Shown: positions 51,624 to 62,159, numbered from the stretch's first letter. The stretch: DNA of 64,000 bases from Alistipes sp. (GCA_045635325.1 JAZRBZ010000016.1:15359-79358), one strand, 5' to 3'. Numbers and translations are program-made. Notes: a model not told the origin generated them from the letters alone.

Positions 51624-52502
51624 ATGGAATACAATAACATTTTGAACGAATACGCTCCGGCTTGGTCGGAGGCACAGGTTGCCGAGCGAGTTGAGGCAAT
51701 CAAGGCAGCGGCTCACCGCAACGAGAACGTGGAGGTCTACAAGTTCTGCCTCTCGGCGGTCGATTTGACGACGCTCACTTGTAACGACTCGGTGGCTTCG
51801 GTAACCGATTTTGCAAAGCGTACGGTAACCTTCGCGGAGAAGTATCCGGGCATTCCGAATGTCGCATCCATCTGTGTTTACCCTTCGTTCGTCGAGACGG
51901 TCGGCCTGGCTGTCGACGGTACGCCGATGCGTATTACGAGCGTGGGTGGCGGTTTCCCTGCTTCGCAGACCTTCCTCGAGGTGAAGATGCTCGAGGTGGC
52001 TATGGCTGTTGAAAATGGCGCAGACGAGGTGGATATCGTGCTTAACGTGGGCAAGATGTTGCAAGGCGAGTACAGCGAGGCGGCTGCCGAGGTTGAGGTT
52101 ATTCGCTCGGAGATGGACGCGGATGTTGTGTTGAAGGTCATCATCGAGTCGGGTGCGCTCAAAACGCCAGATTTGATTCGCAAGGCATCGCTCCTGTCGA
52201 TGGCTGCGGGTGCCGATTTCGTTAAGACCTCGACCGGTAAGATCGACGTTGCGGCAACGCCGGAGGCGGCTGTCGTGATGTGCGAGGCAATTAAGGACTT
52301 CTACGAGAAGACGGGCCGCAAGGTCGGCTTCAAGGCGGCAGGTGGTGTTCGCACACCGGAGGATGCTGCGCTCTATTATACCATCGTGGAGGAGGTTCTG
52401 GGCTCGGAGTGGCTCACGACGGATCTGTTCCGTATCGGTGCGTCGTCGGCAGCAAACAACCTGCTTTCGGCCATCGTTGGCGAGAAGGTCAGCCATTTCT
52501 AA
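51624..52502 (+). CDS. deoC: Deoxyribose-phosphate aldolase
   Basis: DLTTL, GADEVDIV, LKVIIE.G, DFVKTSTGK, GFKAAGG, RIGAS. Confidence 0.95.
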   Translation: MEYNNILNEYAPAWSEAQVAERVEAIKAAAHRNENVEVYKFCLSAVDLTTLTCNDSVASVTDFAKRTVTFAEKYPGIPNVASICVYPSFVETVGLAVDGTPMRITSVGGGFPASQTFLEVKMLEVAMAVENGADEVDIVLNVGKMLQGEYSEAAAEVEVIRSEMDADVVLKVIIESGALKTPDLIRKASLLSMAAGADFVKTSTGKIDVAATPEAAVVMCEAIKDFYEKTGRKVGFKAAGGVRTPEDAALYYTIVEEVLGSEWLTTDLFRIGASSAANNLLSAIVGEKVSHF

Positions 52503-52522
52503 CCGCCCTTCATTCGAGAGTG

Positions 52523-52560
52523 AAATATTCCGACTGCGAGAGTGGTCGGAATATTTTTTT
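52523..52560 (+). terminator. Intrinsic terminator after deoC
   Basis: AAATATTCCGAC...GTCGGAATATTT followed by a T-run. Confidence 0.8.
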
Positions 52561-52687
52561 ATCAATAATTGTAAATTATTGGAAAAGAAAATATATCTTT
52601 GTATTTTAAACAGAAGAGTTGCCGCTTGCACCGCCTTTGGTTGCGGTTGTGCGGGTGGAGCTCGGAAGAAAAAGCAAAGAGTTGAAA

Positions 52688-53785
52688 ATGTCGGATAACA
52701 AACTTAAAATAGGCATTACGCAGGGCGATACAAACGGTGTCGGTTGGGAGGTTACGCTCAAGGCGCTCTCCAACCCGATGATGTGCGAGTTGTTCACCCC
52801 TGTTGTGTATGGTTCGAAACAGGCGGCCGATTTCTATGCAAAGCGTTTGCAGGATGTCGAGCCCGTATCGTTCAATATCTGCGCTTCGGCAGCCGATGCG
52901 CGTCGCGGCTCGGTCAATTTGGTCGAGTGTGGCGACAAGCAGTTGAGCGTGGAGCCGGGTACGGCATCGGAGGCGGCAGCCCGTGCGGCTGTTGCGGCTC
53001 TCGACCGTGCATCGGAGGATTTGGCAGCCGGTGATTTGGATGCGTTGGTTACCGCTCCGATCAATAAGGAGTCGATGCAGAAGGCGGGCTTCCAATATAC
53101 AGGCCACACAGAGTATTTTGCCGCAAAGGCGGAGGGCGAGGCGATGATGATTATGTGTAGCGAGTTGCTGCGCGTGGCGTTGGCTACGGTTCACATTCCG
53201 GTGGATAGCGTTGCTGCGTCGCTCTCGAAGGAGTCGCTCGTGGCACAATTGCAGGCATTGCGCCTGACGCTCAAGAAGGATTTCGGCATCGTTGAGCCGC
53301 GTATCGCGGTGTTGGCACTCAATCCGCACGCCGGCGACGGTGGTCTGCTCGGCAGCGAGGAGGCGGAGGTGATTCGTCCGGCAGTGGTCGAGGCCTACGA
53401 GAGCGGTGTGCTCGCGTTTGGTCCTCTCTCGGCCGATGGCCTGTTCGCAAGCGGTGCGTATGCGAAGTACGATGCGGTGCTGGCAATGTACCACGATCAG
53501 GGGCTCACGCCGTTCAAGACGCTCTCGCCCGAGGGTGTGAACTTCACGGCAGGTCTGTCGATGGTGCGCACGTCGCCCGATCATGGTGTGGCGTACGACA
53601 TTGCAGGCAAGGGTGTGGCAGACGAGCAGTCGATGCGTAACGCAATCTATGCGGCCATCGATATCGTGCGTCGCAGGGACGACTACGAGTATTGGAGTCG
53701 CAATCCGCTGGAGCACTTCGAGCGCGAGAAGGGCAAGGATGTTTCGGTCAAGGATTTGAAATTGCCGGAGGTGCCCGAGGAGTAG
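52688..53785 (+). CDS. pdxA: 4-hydroxythreonine-4-phosphate dehydrogenase
   Basis: GD.NGVG.E, TAPINK, GHTEY, LNPHAGD, MYHDQGL, RTSPDHG.AYDIAG. Confidence 0.94.
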   Translation: MSDNKLKIGITQGDTNGVGWEVTLKALSNPMMCELFTPVVYGSKQAADFYAKRLQDVEPVSFNICASAADARRGSVNLVECGDKQLSVEPGTASEAAARAAVAALDRASEDLAAGDLDALVTAPINKESMQKAGFQYTGHTEYFAAKAEGEAMMIMCSELLRVALATVHIPVDSVAASLSKESLVAQLQALRLTLKKDFGIVEPRIAVLALNPHAGDGGLLGSEEAEVIRPAVVEAYESGVLAFGPLSADGLFASGAYAKYDAVLAMYHDQGLTPFKTLSPEGVNFTAGLSMVRTSPDHGVAYDIAGKGVADEQSMRNAIYAAIDIVRRRDDYEYWSRNPLEHFEREKGKDVSVKDLKLPEVPEE

Positions 53786-53954
53786 CGATTCGGCCCGGTA
53801 GGGGCAAGTCCCGAGTAGTCGCCGACTTGGTCCGGTCGTGGCAAAACGAAATGATGAAAAATATCGTCGCAACTGAGCAGTAATCCGTCTCGTGATTGTG
53901 GAGCTGTGAAGGCGACAAACGAATAAAAACTAACTAAAAACAGTAGACAAAAGT

Positions 53955-55895
53955 ATGGTTAAAGTAACCTTTCCCGATGGCTCGGTAAGAGAGTATGCTG
54001 CGGGAACAACTGCTTATCAGGTTGCCGAGAGTATCAGCCCTCGTTTAGCTGCGGACTGCTTGGCTGCTTCGGTAAATGACGTGACGGTCGATCTGTCGCG
54101 TGCGCTCGAGCAGGATTGCTCGATTAAATTTTACAAATGGGACGATGCAGAGGGTAAGCACGCCTTCTGGCACACATCGTCGCACCTGCTCGCAGAGGCG
54201 CTCGAGGCGCTCTATCCGGGCATTAAGTTCGGTATCGGTCCTGCTATCGAGCAGGGTTTCTACTACGATGTGGATTGTCCGGTACCTATCTTGGAGAGCG
54301 ACCTGCCAAAGATCGAGGCGAAGATGGTCGAACTCTCGCGTAATAAGGAGGCACTCGTACGCACCGAGGTTTCGAAAGCCGATGCGTTGAAGACCTTCAC
54401 AGAGAAGGGAGATCAATATAAAGTCGAACTCATCTCCGCATTGGAGGATGGTACGATTTCGTTCTATACCAATGGCGCATTTACCGACTTGTGCCGTGGC
54501 CCGCACATCCCTCACACGGGACACATCAAGGCAATTAAGCTGACGTCGGTTGCCGGTGCATACTGGCGTGGTGACGAGAAGAACAAGATGCTCACGCGTA
54601 TCTATGGCGTCTCGTTCCCGAAGAAGTCGATGCTTGACGAGTATCTGCAGATGCTCGAGGAGGCCAAGAAGCGTGACCACCGTAAGCTCGGTAAGGAGTT
54701 GGAACTCTTCACCTTCTCGCAGCGCGTAGGTCAGGGCTTGCCATTGTGGTTGCCAAAGGGTGCCGAGTTGCGCGACCGTCTGGAGCGCTTCTTGCGTAAG
54801 ATTCAGAAGGAGCACGGCTACCAGCAGGTTATCACTCCGCACATCGGTAACAAGGATCTCTACGTTACCTCGGGCCACTACGCAAAGTATGGTAAGGACT
54901 CGTTCCAGCCAATCCACACGCCATTCGAGGGCGAGGAGTATCTGCTCAAGCCGATGAACTGTCCGCACCACTGCGAGATCTATCGCAGCAAGCCGCGTTC
55001 GTATAAGGATCTGCCTGTTCGTCTGGCCGAGTTCGGTACGGTATACCGCTACGAGCAGTCGGGTGAGTTGCACGGTCTGACGCGTGTGCGTTCGTTCACG
55101 CAGGACGATGCTCACTTGTTCGTTCGTCCGGATCAGTTGCTCGAGGAGTTCGAGAAGGTTATCGACATCGTGCTCTACATCTTCAAGACCTTGAAGTTCG
55201 ATAAGTATACGGCACAGATTTCGCTGCGCGATCCGGAGAATAAGGAGAAGTATATCGGATCGGACGAGAATTGGGAGAAGGCCGAGAGCGCAATCGTTAA
55301 GGCGTGCGCCGAGAAGGGCCTGAATACCGTAGTCGAGACCGGCGAGGCAGCGTTCTACGGTCCGAAGCTCGACTTTATGGTGAAGGATGCGCTGGGCCGC
55401 AGCTGGCAGCTCGGTACGATTCAGGTGGACTACAACCTTCCGGAGCGTTTCGATCTGACCTACAAGGGTGCAGACGACAAACTCCACCGTCCGATTATGA
55501 TTCACCGTGCGCCGTTCGGCTCGATGGAGCGTTTCGTAGCGGTGTTGTTGGAGCATACGGCAGGTAAGTTCCCGTTGTGGTTGTCGCCTGATCAGTGCGT
55601 TGTACTCCCTATCTCGGAGAAGTTCAACGACTACGCACAGGAGGTTGTCAACTACCTGAACGCACACGATGTCCGCGCACAGATCGACGATCGTAACGAG
55701 AAGATCGGTCGTAAGATCCGCGACAACGAGTTGAAGCGTATCCCTTATCTGCTCATCGTGGGCGAGAAGGAGGCAGCCGAGCATACCGTATCCGTTCGCG
55801 CACAGGGCGAGGGCGATAAGGGCTCGATGACGCTCGACGAGTACTGCGCATATATGAGCGGATTGGTTACGAGTGAGATTGAGGCAAACAAATAA
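53955..55895 (+). CDS. thrS: Threonine--tRNA ligase
   Basis: TGS domain, [38 protein letters not shown]. Confidence 0.98.
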   Translation: MVKVTFPDGSVREYAAGTTAYQVAESISPRLAADCLAASVNDVTVDLSRALEQDCSIKFYKWDDAEGKHAFWHTSSHLLAEALEALYPGIKFGIGPAIEQGFYYDVDCPVPILESDLPKIEAKMVELSRNKEALVRTEVSKADALKTFTEKGDQYKVELISALEDGTISFYTNGAFTDLCRGPHIPHTGHIKAIKLTSVAGAYWRGDEKNKMLTRIYGVSFPKKSMLDEYLQMLEEAKKRDHRKLGKELELFTFSQRVGQGLPLWLPKGAELRDRLERFLRKIQKEHGYQQVITPHIGNKDLYVTSGHYAKYGKDSFQPIHTPFEGEEYLLKPMNCPHHCEIYRSKPRSYKDLPVRLAEFGTVYRYEQSGELHGLTRVRSFTQDDAHLFVRPDQLLEEFEKVIDIVLYIFKTLKFDKYTAQISLRDPENKEKYIGSDENWEKAESAIVKACAEKGLNTVVETGEAAFYGPKLDFMVKDALGRSWQLGTIQVDYNLPERFDLTYKGADDKLHRPIMIHRAPFGSMERFVAVLLEHTAGKFPLWLSPDQCVVLPISEKFNDYAQEVVNYLNAHDVRAQIDDRNEKIGRKIRDNELKRIPYLLIVGEKEAAEHTVSVRAQGEGDKGSMTLDEYCAYMSGLVTSEIEANK

Positions 55896-55925
55896 AGCAC
55901 TATTATTAACCGAATAAAAAACTGA

Positions 55926-56525
55926 ATGGCAGGTTTCAAACCATTTACCCCGCGCCCACAGCAGAGTGCGGCAGGGAACCAGCAGAATCGCGGTCGTCGT
56001 CCCGTAAAGGAGAATCCGAACCGCATCAATAACGAGATTACCGCTCCTACGGTTCGTATCGTAGGTGATAATGTCGAGCCAAACCTCGTGCTCCCGATTG
56101 CGAAGGCAATCGCGTTGGCGGACGAGATGGAGCTCGATTTGGTCGAGATTTCGCCTAACGCCGAGCCGCCGGTATGTCGTATTGTCGACTACCAGAAGTT
56201 CCTCTATCAGCAGAAGAAAAAGCAGAAGGAGATTAAGGCCAAGCAGACGAAGGTCGTTATCAAGGAGATTCGTTTCGGCCCGCAGACCGACGACCACGAC
56301 TTCAACTTCAAGTTGCGCCACGCCGAGAACTTCATCAAGGAGGGTGCAAAGGTTAAGGCGTACGTCTTCTTCCGCGGTCGAAGCATCGTCTTCAAGGAGC
56401 AGGGCGAGATTCTCTTGTTGCGCTTTGCAACGGCTTTGGAGGAGATTGCCAAGGTTGAGGTGATGCCTACGCTCGAGGGTAAGAAGATGAATATGATTCT
56501 GGCTCCGAAACCGAAGAAGGGTTAA
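55926..56525 (+). CDS. infC: Translation initiation factor IF-3
   Basis: [13 protein letters not shown]...PPVC, KEIRF.P..D.HD, FRGR. Confidence 0.95.
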   Translation: MAGFKPFTPRPQQSAAGNQQNRGRRPVKENPNRINNEITAPTVRIVGDNVEPNLVLPIAKAIALADEMELDLVEISPNAEPPVCRIVDYQKFLYQQKKKQKEIKAKQTKVVIKEIRFGPQTDDHDFNFKLRHAENFIKEGAKVKAYVFFRGRSIVFKEQGEILLLRFATALEEIAKVEVMPTLEGKKMNMILAPKPKKG

Positions 56526-56645
56526 CCTACGCTGTCGGTAGCGACAGAGTTTCGGACTACTTGCCACATCGTGCGACAGCCCCTTCGCTGCAAGCAGCAG
56601 CGGAGTGAGGCCGTTGCAGGGTGTCGGTTGGTGCTGTTATAGAAG

Positions 56646-56684
56646 AAAAATCTCGAAGATGAGCAAATCTTCGGGATTTTTTTT
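56646..56684 (+). terminator. Terminator after infC
   Basis: AAAAATCTCGAAGAT-GAGCAA-ATCTTCGGGATTTTT. Confidence 0.8.
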
Positions 56685-56700
56685 GTACATTTGTGTAGAT

Positions 56701-57666
56701 ATGATTTCGACGGACGAAATATTTGCAATCAAGACTCCGCACGAGGCCGAGCGTGTGGCGCTGGAGGTGTTCCGCTACCAGGCGGAGCGGTGTGCGCCGT
56801 ATGCCGAGTATGTGCGGCTGATGGGCATTGATCCGCAGAGCGTTCGACGGCTGGAGGAGATTCCGTTTATGCCGGTCGAGCTCTTTAAGACGCACGATGT
56901 CTATTGCGGAGAGGAGCCGCCACAGGTGGTCTTTACGTCGAGCGCAACAACGGGTATGACTCCGTCGCGCCACGCCGTAGCCGATTTGGGTATCTACGAG
57001 CGCTCGTTTGTCGAGTCGTTCCGTCTGTTCTATGGCGAGCCGTCGCAGTGGAGCATCTACGGACTGCTGCCCAACTACCTCTCGCGCAAGGGGTCGTCGC
57101 TGGTCTATATGGTCGATCGGCTGATTGGGATGTGTGGTAGCGGAGGTTTCTATCTCGACAATTACGAGGAGATGTTGCGTGCGATGGCGCGCGACAAGAA
57201 ACCGAAAATCCTGCTTGGCGTAACCTACGCGCTGCTGGATGTTGCCGAGCAGTTCGCTCCCGCTCTGCACGATACGGTGGTGATGGAGACGGGCGGTATG
57301 AAGGGGCGTCGCGAAGAGTTGCCGAAGGCGGAGCTGCATCGTCGGCTCTGCGAGGCGTTCGGTGTCGAGCGCATCCACTCGGAGTACGGTATGGCGGAGC
57401 TGCTCTCGCAGGCCTACTCGTCGGGCGACGGGCTCTTTTGTGCGCCACCCTGGATGAGGGTGCTGACGCGTGATGTGAACGATCCGTTTGCGCGACCTGC
57501 CGCAGGGCGTCGCGGAGCGATAGATATAGTTGATTTGGCCAACCTCCACTCGTGTGCGTTCATCTCGACGCAGGATGTGGGCATCCTCTTTGAGGATGGC
57601 TCGTTCCGTATCGAGGGCAGGGTGAGCGATGCCGATGTGAGAGGTTGTAATTTATTGGTACAGTAG
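56701..57666 (+). CDS. Acyl-protein synthetase/acyltransferase, LuxE-like
   Basis: IPF.P...FK, FTSS.TTG, METGGMKGRR, IHSEYGM.ELLSQAY, RGCNLL. Confidence 0.85.
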   Translation: MISTDEIFAIKTPHEAERVALEVFRYQAERCAPYAEYVRLMGIDPQSVRRLEEIPFMPVELFKTHDVYCGEEPPQVVFTSSATTGMTPSRHAVADLGIYERSFVESFRLFYGEPSQWSIYGLLPNYLSRKGSSLVYMVDRLIGMCGSGGFYLDNYEEMLRAMARDKKPKILLGVTYALLDVAEQFAPALHDTVVMETGGMKGRREELPKAELHRRLCEAFGVERIHSEYGMAELLSQAYSSGDGLFCAPPWMRVLTRDVNDPFARPAAGRRGAIDIVDLANLHSCAFISTQDVGILFEDGSFRIEGRVSDADVRGCNLLVQ

Positions 57667-57673
57667 GAGGAGT

Positions 57674-58519
57674 ATGAAGTACGATCCGCAAGATTTGGCG
57701 CGTCTGCACGAGGAGCTCTACGAGATTCTCGGCGAGATAGTGCGCGTGTGCGAGAAGCACTCGATACCATATTTTATTCAGGGTGGCTCGGCCATCGGTG
57801 CGTTCTACAATCGGGGCATCGTGCCGTGGGACGACGATATCGACGTGGGAATGTTGCGCGACGACTACGAGCGCTTTCTGCGTGTTGCGCCTGCCGAGCT
57901 GGGCGAGAAGTACTTCCTGGAGTGGTTTGGCTCGGAACCCAATACACCGTTCTACTTTGCGAAGGTGAAGAAGAACGGAACGCTCTTCGTCGAGGAGATG
58001 TGGCGCGATATGGATATCCATCACGGTATCTTTGTCGATGTGTTTCCGTATGACCGCATACCCGACGAACCACGCGCCGAGCGTTGGCATCGAGAGCGAG
58101 CAAAGTTTTGGATTAACTGCTTTATGGCCAAACAGATATGGTTGTGGGGCCACTGCGGTCGATGCGAGATCGACGCGCCGCTGCCCAAGTCGTGGCTCTC
58201 GTGCGCTGCGCTGCGTCTGGTCAGTGGAGTGATGTCGCGCGAGGCGATATATCGCAAGATGAATCGCGTGCTGGGTGCATACAACGCCTGTGATACGGAG
58301 TATGTGAATATCGTGCGAATGCCGCGCGATCAGATTCGTCGCGAGTGTGTGGAGCAGGCGGTCGAGATGCCGTTTGGTCCGCTCGTGGTGCGTGTTCCGC
58401 GCGATGTGGAGAGCTACTTGCGTCATCACTATCCGAACTTGCGACCTGTACTTCCGGAGGAGGAGCAGATTAATCACGCGCCGTATCGTCTGTCGTTCGA
58501 TACCTCCGCAAATGAGTAG
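57674..58519 (+). CDS. LicD family nucleotidyltransferase-fold phosphotransferase
   Basis: GGS.IGA...GIVPWDDDIDVGMLR.DY and GIFVDVFP.D. Confidence 0.92.
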   Translation: MKYDPQDLARLHEELYEILGEIVRVCEKHSIPYFIQGGSAIGAFYNRGIVPWDDDIDVGMLRDDYERFLRVAPAELGEKYFLEWFGSEPNTPFYFAKVKKNGTLFVEEMWRDMDIHHGIFVDVFPYDRIPDEPRAERWHRERAKFWINCFMAKQIWLWGHCGRCEIDAPLPKSWLSCAALRLVSGVMSREAIYRKMNRVLGAYNACDTEYVNIVRMPRDQIRRECVEQAVEMPFGPLVVRVPRDVESYLRHHYPNLRPVLPEEEQINHAPYRLSFDTSANE

Positions 58520-58524
58520 ATGTG

Positions 58525-59598
58525 ATGAAGAAGAGGCTCTCGATAATAATCCCGACCTACAATATGGAGGCACTCCTTGCGCAGTGTCTCGATTCGCTCG
58601 TCGGCTCGTCGGCTCTCGACGGGCTGGATGTCGTTGTGGTGAACGACGGCAGTAGCGACGGCTCGCTCGCCATTGCCGAGCAGTATGCCGAGCGCTATCC
58701 GCACTCGGTGCGCGTCATCGACAAGCCGAACGGCAACTATGGCTCGACTATCAACGCTGCGCTGCCGACTCTGCAGGGCGAGTATGTCAAGGTGCTCGAT
58801 GCCGACGACCGCTTCGATGTGTCGCTCGTGGCGGATGTTGTCGATGGGCTGGCGTCGCTCTCGGGTGTCGATGTGGTTGTGATGCCATACATCGAGCAGA
58901 GCGAGCGCGGTGTGCGCCGCGTGGGGTATAACCTCTACTCGCGTGAGATATACGCCTGCGGTCAGAGCTACGATGCCGAGCAGGTCTTTGCCGCCGGTAC
59001 GATACCCTTCTTTGCTATGCACTCGCTCGTCTATCGCACGGAGTTGTTGCGCGCGATGGGGTATCGCCAGAGCGAGGGTATTTCGTATACGGATCAGGAG
59101 TGGGCCTTCTACCCGATGTTTCGGGCGCAGAGTTTCGCTTTTATGGATACGCCACTATATATATATAATCTCGCGCGCGAGGGACAGACGATGGATGCGG
59201 CTGTTCAGTTGCGCAGTGTCGGGCAGTTGGAGCGCGTCGTGGTGGCGATGGCCGAATACTACGCCGACCACTCGGCCGATCTGCACTCGGCTGCGCGCGT
59301 GAAGTTCCTGCAGGGCGTGCTTGCACGCCGAATGGCTACCGTCTGCCGAAAGTATCTGTTGGAGATGTCCGACGGGCAGTTCGCATCGTCCGATTTCGAG
59401 GCGACTCACGCCCGAATGTCGGCCCTTGCCGAGCGTTGCGGCGTGGAGCCGTTGCGCTGCTGCGTGAATGGTGTGCTGCGAGTGGATCTGCTCCGCAGGT
59501 GGCGAACTGCAGGGCGTCGTTATCCGCTGTGGGTAAGGCGGTTGCTGCGACTTGCCGACGGGGTGATGATGTGTGTGTTTGCGCTCATTTCGCACTAA
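58525..59598 (+). CDS. Glycosyltransferase family 2
   Basis: SIIIPTYN, VNDGSSD, NGNYG...N, LDADD. Confidence 0.93.
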   Translation: MKKRLSIIIPTYNMEALLAQCLDSLVGSSALDGLDVVVVNDGSSDGSLAIAEQYAERYPHSVRVIDKPNGNYGSTINAALPTLQGEYVKVLDADDRFDVSLVADVVDGLASLSGVDVVVMPYIEQSERGVRRVGYNLYSREIYACGQSYDAEQVFAAGTIPFFAMHSLVYRTELLRAMGYRQSEGISYTDQEWAFYPMFRAQSFAFMDTPLYIYNLAREGQTMDAAVQLRSVGQLERVVVAMAEYYADHSADLHSAARVKFLQGVLARRMATVCRKYLLEMSDGQFASSDFEATHARMSALAERCGVEPLRCCVNGVLRVDLLRRWRTAGRRYPLWVRRLLRLADGVMMCVFALISH

Positions 59599-59602
59599 TG
59601 AA

Positions 59603-59627
59603 AATAGGTGGCTTTTGCCACCTATTA
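59603..59627. terminator. Bidirectional terminator
   Basis: AATAGGTGGC-TTTT-GCCACCTATT between convergent genes. Confidence 0.75.
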
Positions 59628-60521
59628 TTCGTTATCCTCATCCGCATCGAAATCTGTCGGGCAGATAATCGAAACACCTCCTGCGATGCACTCGATCGAG
59701 AGCGGAAATTCGGCACTTTGCTGGCCGTCCATATCGGTCGGCGGATTCATCGGCGACGAGAGTTCGATGTGTCGTGTGCGAATGTGTTTGATGGCCTCGT
59801 TCTCCTTGCCGTTGATGAGGAACATTAGCATCGCACGGGCCGAGTCGAGCACATTGCAACGGTGCATAACGAGCACGTCGAGCATTCCGTCGCAGACCGA
59901 CGCCTCGCGAGCCAGACGGAAGCGGCCGGCAGTCTCGCCGTTGAACACCAACACGATAAGCGCTTCGAGATCCTCCTCGCCGCCGTCGTGGACGATGTGC
60001 AGCGGGATGTATTCGGTGTGGTGCAACTCCTTCGAGCCCTCGATCAGATAGGCCATCTTGCCGAGGTGGTGCTTCATACTGTCGGGCGTGTGTTGCGACG
60101 TGGTGGTGAAGAGGCCGAACGAGAATATGTTGATGAAATAGAGTCCGTTGACGCGCGCGCAGTCCAACCGTTGCGGATGTCCGCCGACAATCTGTCGGGC
60201 CGCTTTGAGCAGACCGCTTTTCATACCGATAGCGCCCGCAAAATCGTTGGCCGTACCGGCCGGAATAATGCCGAGCGTGAGATCAAGCCCGTGCGACTTC
60301 ATCGCGTTGAGCGTGTAGTTTATCGTGCCGTCGCCACCGCACACTACGACCAGATCGACCGCCCGCAACGACTCCTCGTCGAAGGGGTTGCGATCGAACT
60401 CTATCTTGCGGGTGAGCACATCGTACCCGCCTTCGCAAAATACACTCACAATAGCATCCAGTCGCCTTTCGACGCGGCCGTGTCCCGCTCGCGCGTTGTA
60501 GAGTATAAGGGCTTTTTTCAT
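59625..60521 (-). CDS. YegS/DAGK family lipid kinase
   Basis: N..AG, GGDGT, IPAGTANDFA and DG.LDV motifs. Confidence 0.92.
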   Translation of the reverse strand: MKKALILYNARAGHGRVERRLDAIVSVFCEGGYDVLTRKIEFDRNPFDEESLRAVDLVVVCGGDGTINYTLNAMKSHGLDLTLGIIPAGTANDFAGAIGMKSGLLKAARQIVGGHPQRLDCARVNGLYFINIFSFGLFTTTSQHTPDSMKHHLGKMAYLIEGSKELHHTEYIPLHIVHDGGEEDLEALIVLVFNGETAGRFRLAREASVCDGMLDVLVMHRCNVLDSARAMLMFLINGKENEAIKHIRTRHIELSSPMNPPTDMDGQQSAEFPLSIECIAGGVSIICPTDFDADEDNE

Positions 60522-60537
60522 AGTGTGTTACGGTGTG

Positions 60538-61539
60538 TTATTGTTCGCGGAGAGTGGAGAAAGTTTCGTACGTTTCGCCCTCGCCCTCCGACGGTTGGTT
60601 CGCTGCGAGAATGAAGTAAACCTCAATCTCCTCGGCCATCTTTTGCGCCGTCTCGATTGCACGCTCCGCGCCCATCGCCATAAACATCGTGGCTAGTGCG
60701 TCGGCCTCCACACAGCGCGGTGCGATTACCGTTGCCGAGAGCAATCGTGATGCGACGGTACGGCCCGTCTGCGGATTTATCGTATGTACAATCTTCTCGC
60801 CACGCTCGTTGACATAGTAGCGGCGATAGTTGCCCGACGTGGCGAGCGCCTTGCGGTCGAGTCGCACGATGTGCTGACGGTGTGCGCCGGGGGTGTCGTT
60901 GCCCTCGAACGGGGTATCAACGCCGATTCTCCACGCCGTGCCAACGCTGTTGATGCCTCGTGCACGAATCTCGCCACCAATCTCGACGATGTAGTTCTCT
61001 ACGCCGCGACGCTCGAGCATATCGGCCACCAGATCGACCGTGTAGCCCTTTGCCAGCGAGTTGAGGTCGAGTTGCAGGCGCGGATCGCTCTTCACGATGC
61101 GGTTGCCGACGACGCGCATCTTCTCGAAGCCGACCATCTCGACCAGCGAGTCGATGTTGGGCGACTGCGTCTTATGCTTGGCGGCAAATCCGTATGCGTC
61201 GGTCAGTGGTTTTACGGTGATGTCGTACGCTCCGCCACTGATGCGGTGTACGCGGGCGGCTACGGCGATGTTGCGCAACAGGTGTATGTCGAGCGAATCG
61301 GTCTCGCCGGCATTGATGCGCGAGAGAAGCGAACGGTCGTCGAAGATGGACATCGAAGCCTTTGCCTCGGCGTCGATGCGCATCACCTCGTCGTAGATGT
61401 CCGACGATGCGGCATCCGTTTGAGCCACAATATGAAACGTCGTGCCGAGCATCGCTCCGTCAATGGTCTTGTATTGACGCTGCGGCGTGCAGCCGACCGC
61501 CGTCGCAAGCACAATCGCTAAAAATAAACCGAGTCGCAT
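60538..61539 (-). CDS. apbE: FAD:protein FMN transferase (ApbE family lipoprotein)
   Basis: Lipobox AVGC; DL.SLAKGY.VD, EIGGE, ATSGNYR, H.INP.TG, ADALAT. Confidence 0.92.
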   Translation of the reverse strand: MRLGLFLAIVLATAVGCTPQRQYKTIDGAMLGTTFHIVAQTDAASSDIYDEVMRIDAEAKASMSIFDDRSLLSRINAGETDSLDIHLLRNIAVAARVHRISGGAYDITVKPLTDAYGFAAKHKTQSPNIDSLVEMVGFEKMRVVGNRIVKSDPRLQLDLNSLAKGYTVDLVADMLERRGVENYIVEIGGEIRARGINSVGTAWRIGVDTPFEGNDTPGAHRQHIVRLDRKALATSGNYRRYYVNERGEKIVHTINPQTGRTVASRLLSATVIAPRCVEADALATMFMAMGAERAIETAQKMAEEIEVYFILAANQPSEGEGETYETFSTLREQ

Positions 61540-61680
61540 AGATTCCTAAAAAATGTGTGATTACACGACAAATTTACGATTTTTTTCGAGAAAAAACCAA
61601 TTTAGGCAACATCTCTTCGGGAGGAAGCGCGCAAAAGAGCCGTAAAAAAGTGATAATGATGCGAAAAAGTGTGCGGGGAG

Positions 61681-61712
61681 TTTGTTAGTTCAAGATATAA
61701 TTTATATCTTTG
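61681..61712 (+). promoter_or_regulatory. Sigma-A promoter for rpsO
   Basis: TTTG (61681-61684), 20 nt spacer, TATCTTTG (61705-61712). Confidence 0.75.
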
Positions 61713-61796
61713 TCGCGCTTTAACGCTATCCACGGTAAGGGGGATGCGGATGAAGTGTAAATATTTAATAACAAATTTCTTAAACTATTTTTTACT

Positions 61797-62069
61797 ATGG
61801 CTTATTTAACAGCAGAGAAAAAAGAGGAAATTTTCGGTCAGTACGGCAAGTCTAACAAGGATACTGGTTCGCCAGAGAGCCAGATTGCTTTGTTCTCGTA
61901 CCGTATCAGCCACCTTACAGAGCACCTCAAAAGCAACAAGCACGACTTCGGTACCCAGCGTTCATTGCTTCGCTTGGTAGGTAAGCGTCGCCAGTTGTTG
62001 GAGTACTTGAAGGAGGTTGATATCGAGCGCTACCGCGCAATCGTTAAGAGTCTCAACCTTCGTAAGTAA
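61797..62069 (+). CDS. rpsO: 30S ribosomal protein S15
   Basis: [10 protein letters not shown]...HLTEHL....HD...R.LL.LVGKRR. Confidence 0.97.
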   Translation: MAYLTAEKKEEIFGQYGKSNKDTGSPESQIALFSYRISHLTEHLKSNKHDFGTQRSLLRLVGKRRQLLEYLKEVDIERYRAIVKSLNLRK

Positions 62070-62082
62070 TCTTGCGAGGCCG

Positions 62083-62121
62083 AAGATGAAGGTAACAGGT
62101 TTTGCTACCTTCATCTTTTTT
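62083..62121 (+). terminator. Terminator/processing hairpin between rpsO and pnp
   Basis: AAGATGAAGGTA...TACCTTCATCTT followed by a T-run. Confidence 0.8.
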
Positions 62122-62159
62122 ATGATGACAAATTATTTATTTTGGACGAATATAAGATT

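Noticed and set aside
54045-56567. Long antisense ORFs over thrS-infC, and similarly over rpsA, lysS, pnp, pgi and the esterase
   Set aside because: They mirror well-conserved sense genes; explained by avoidance of TTA/CTA/TCA codons on the coding strand.
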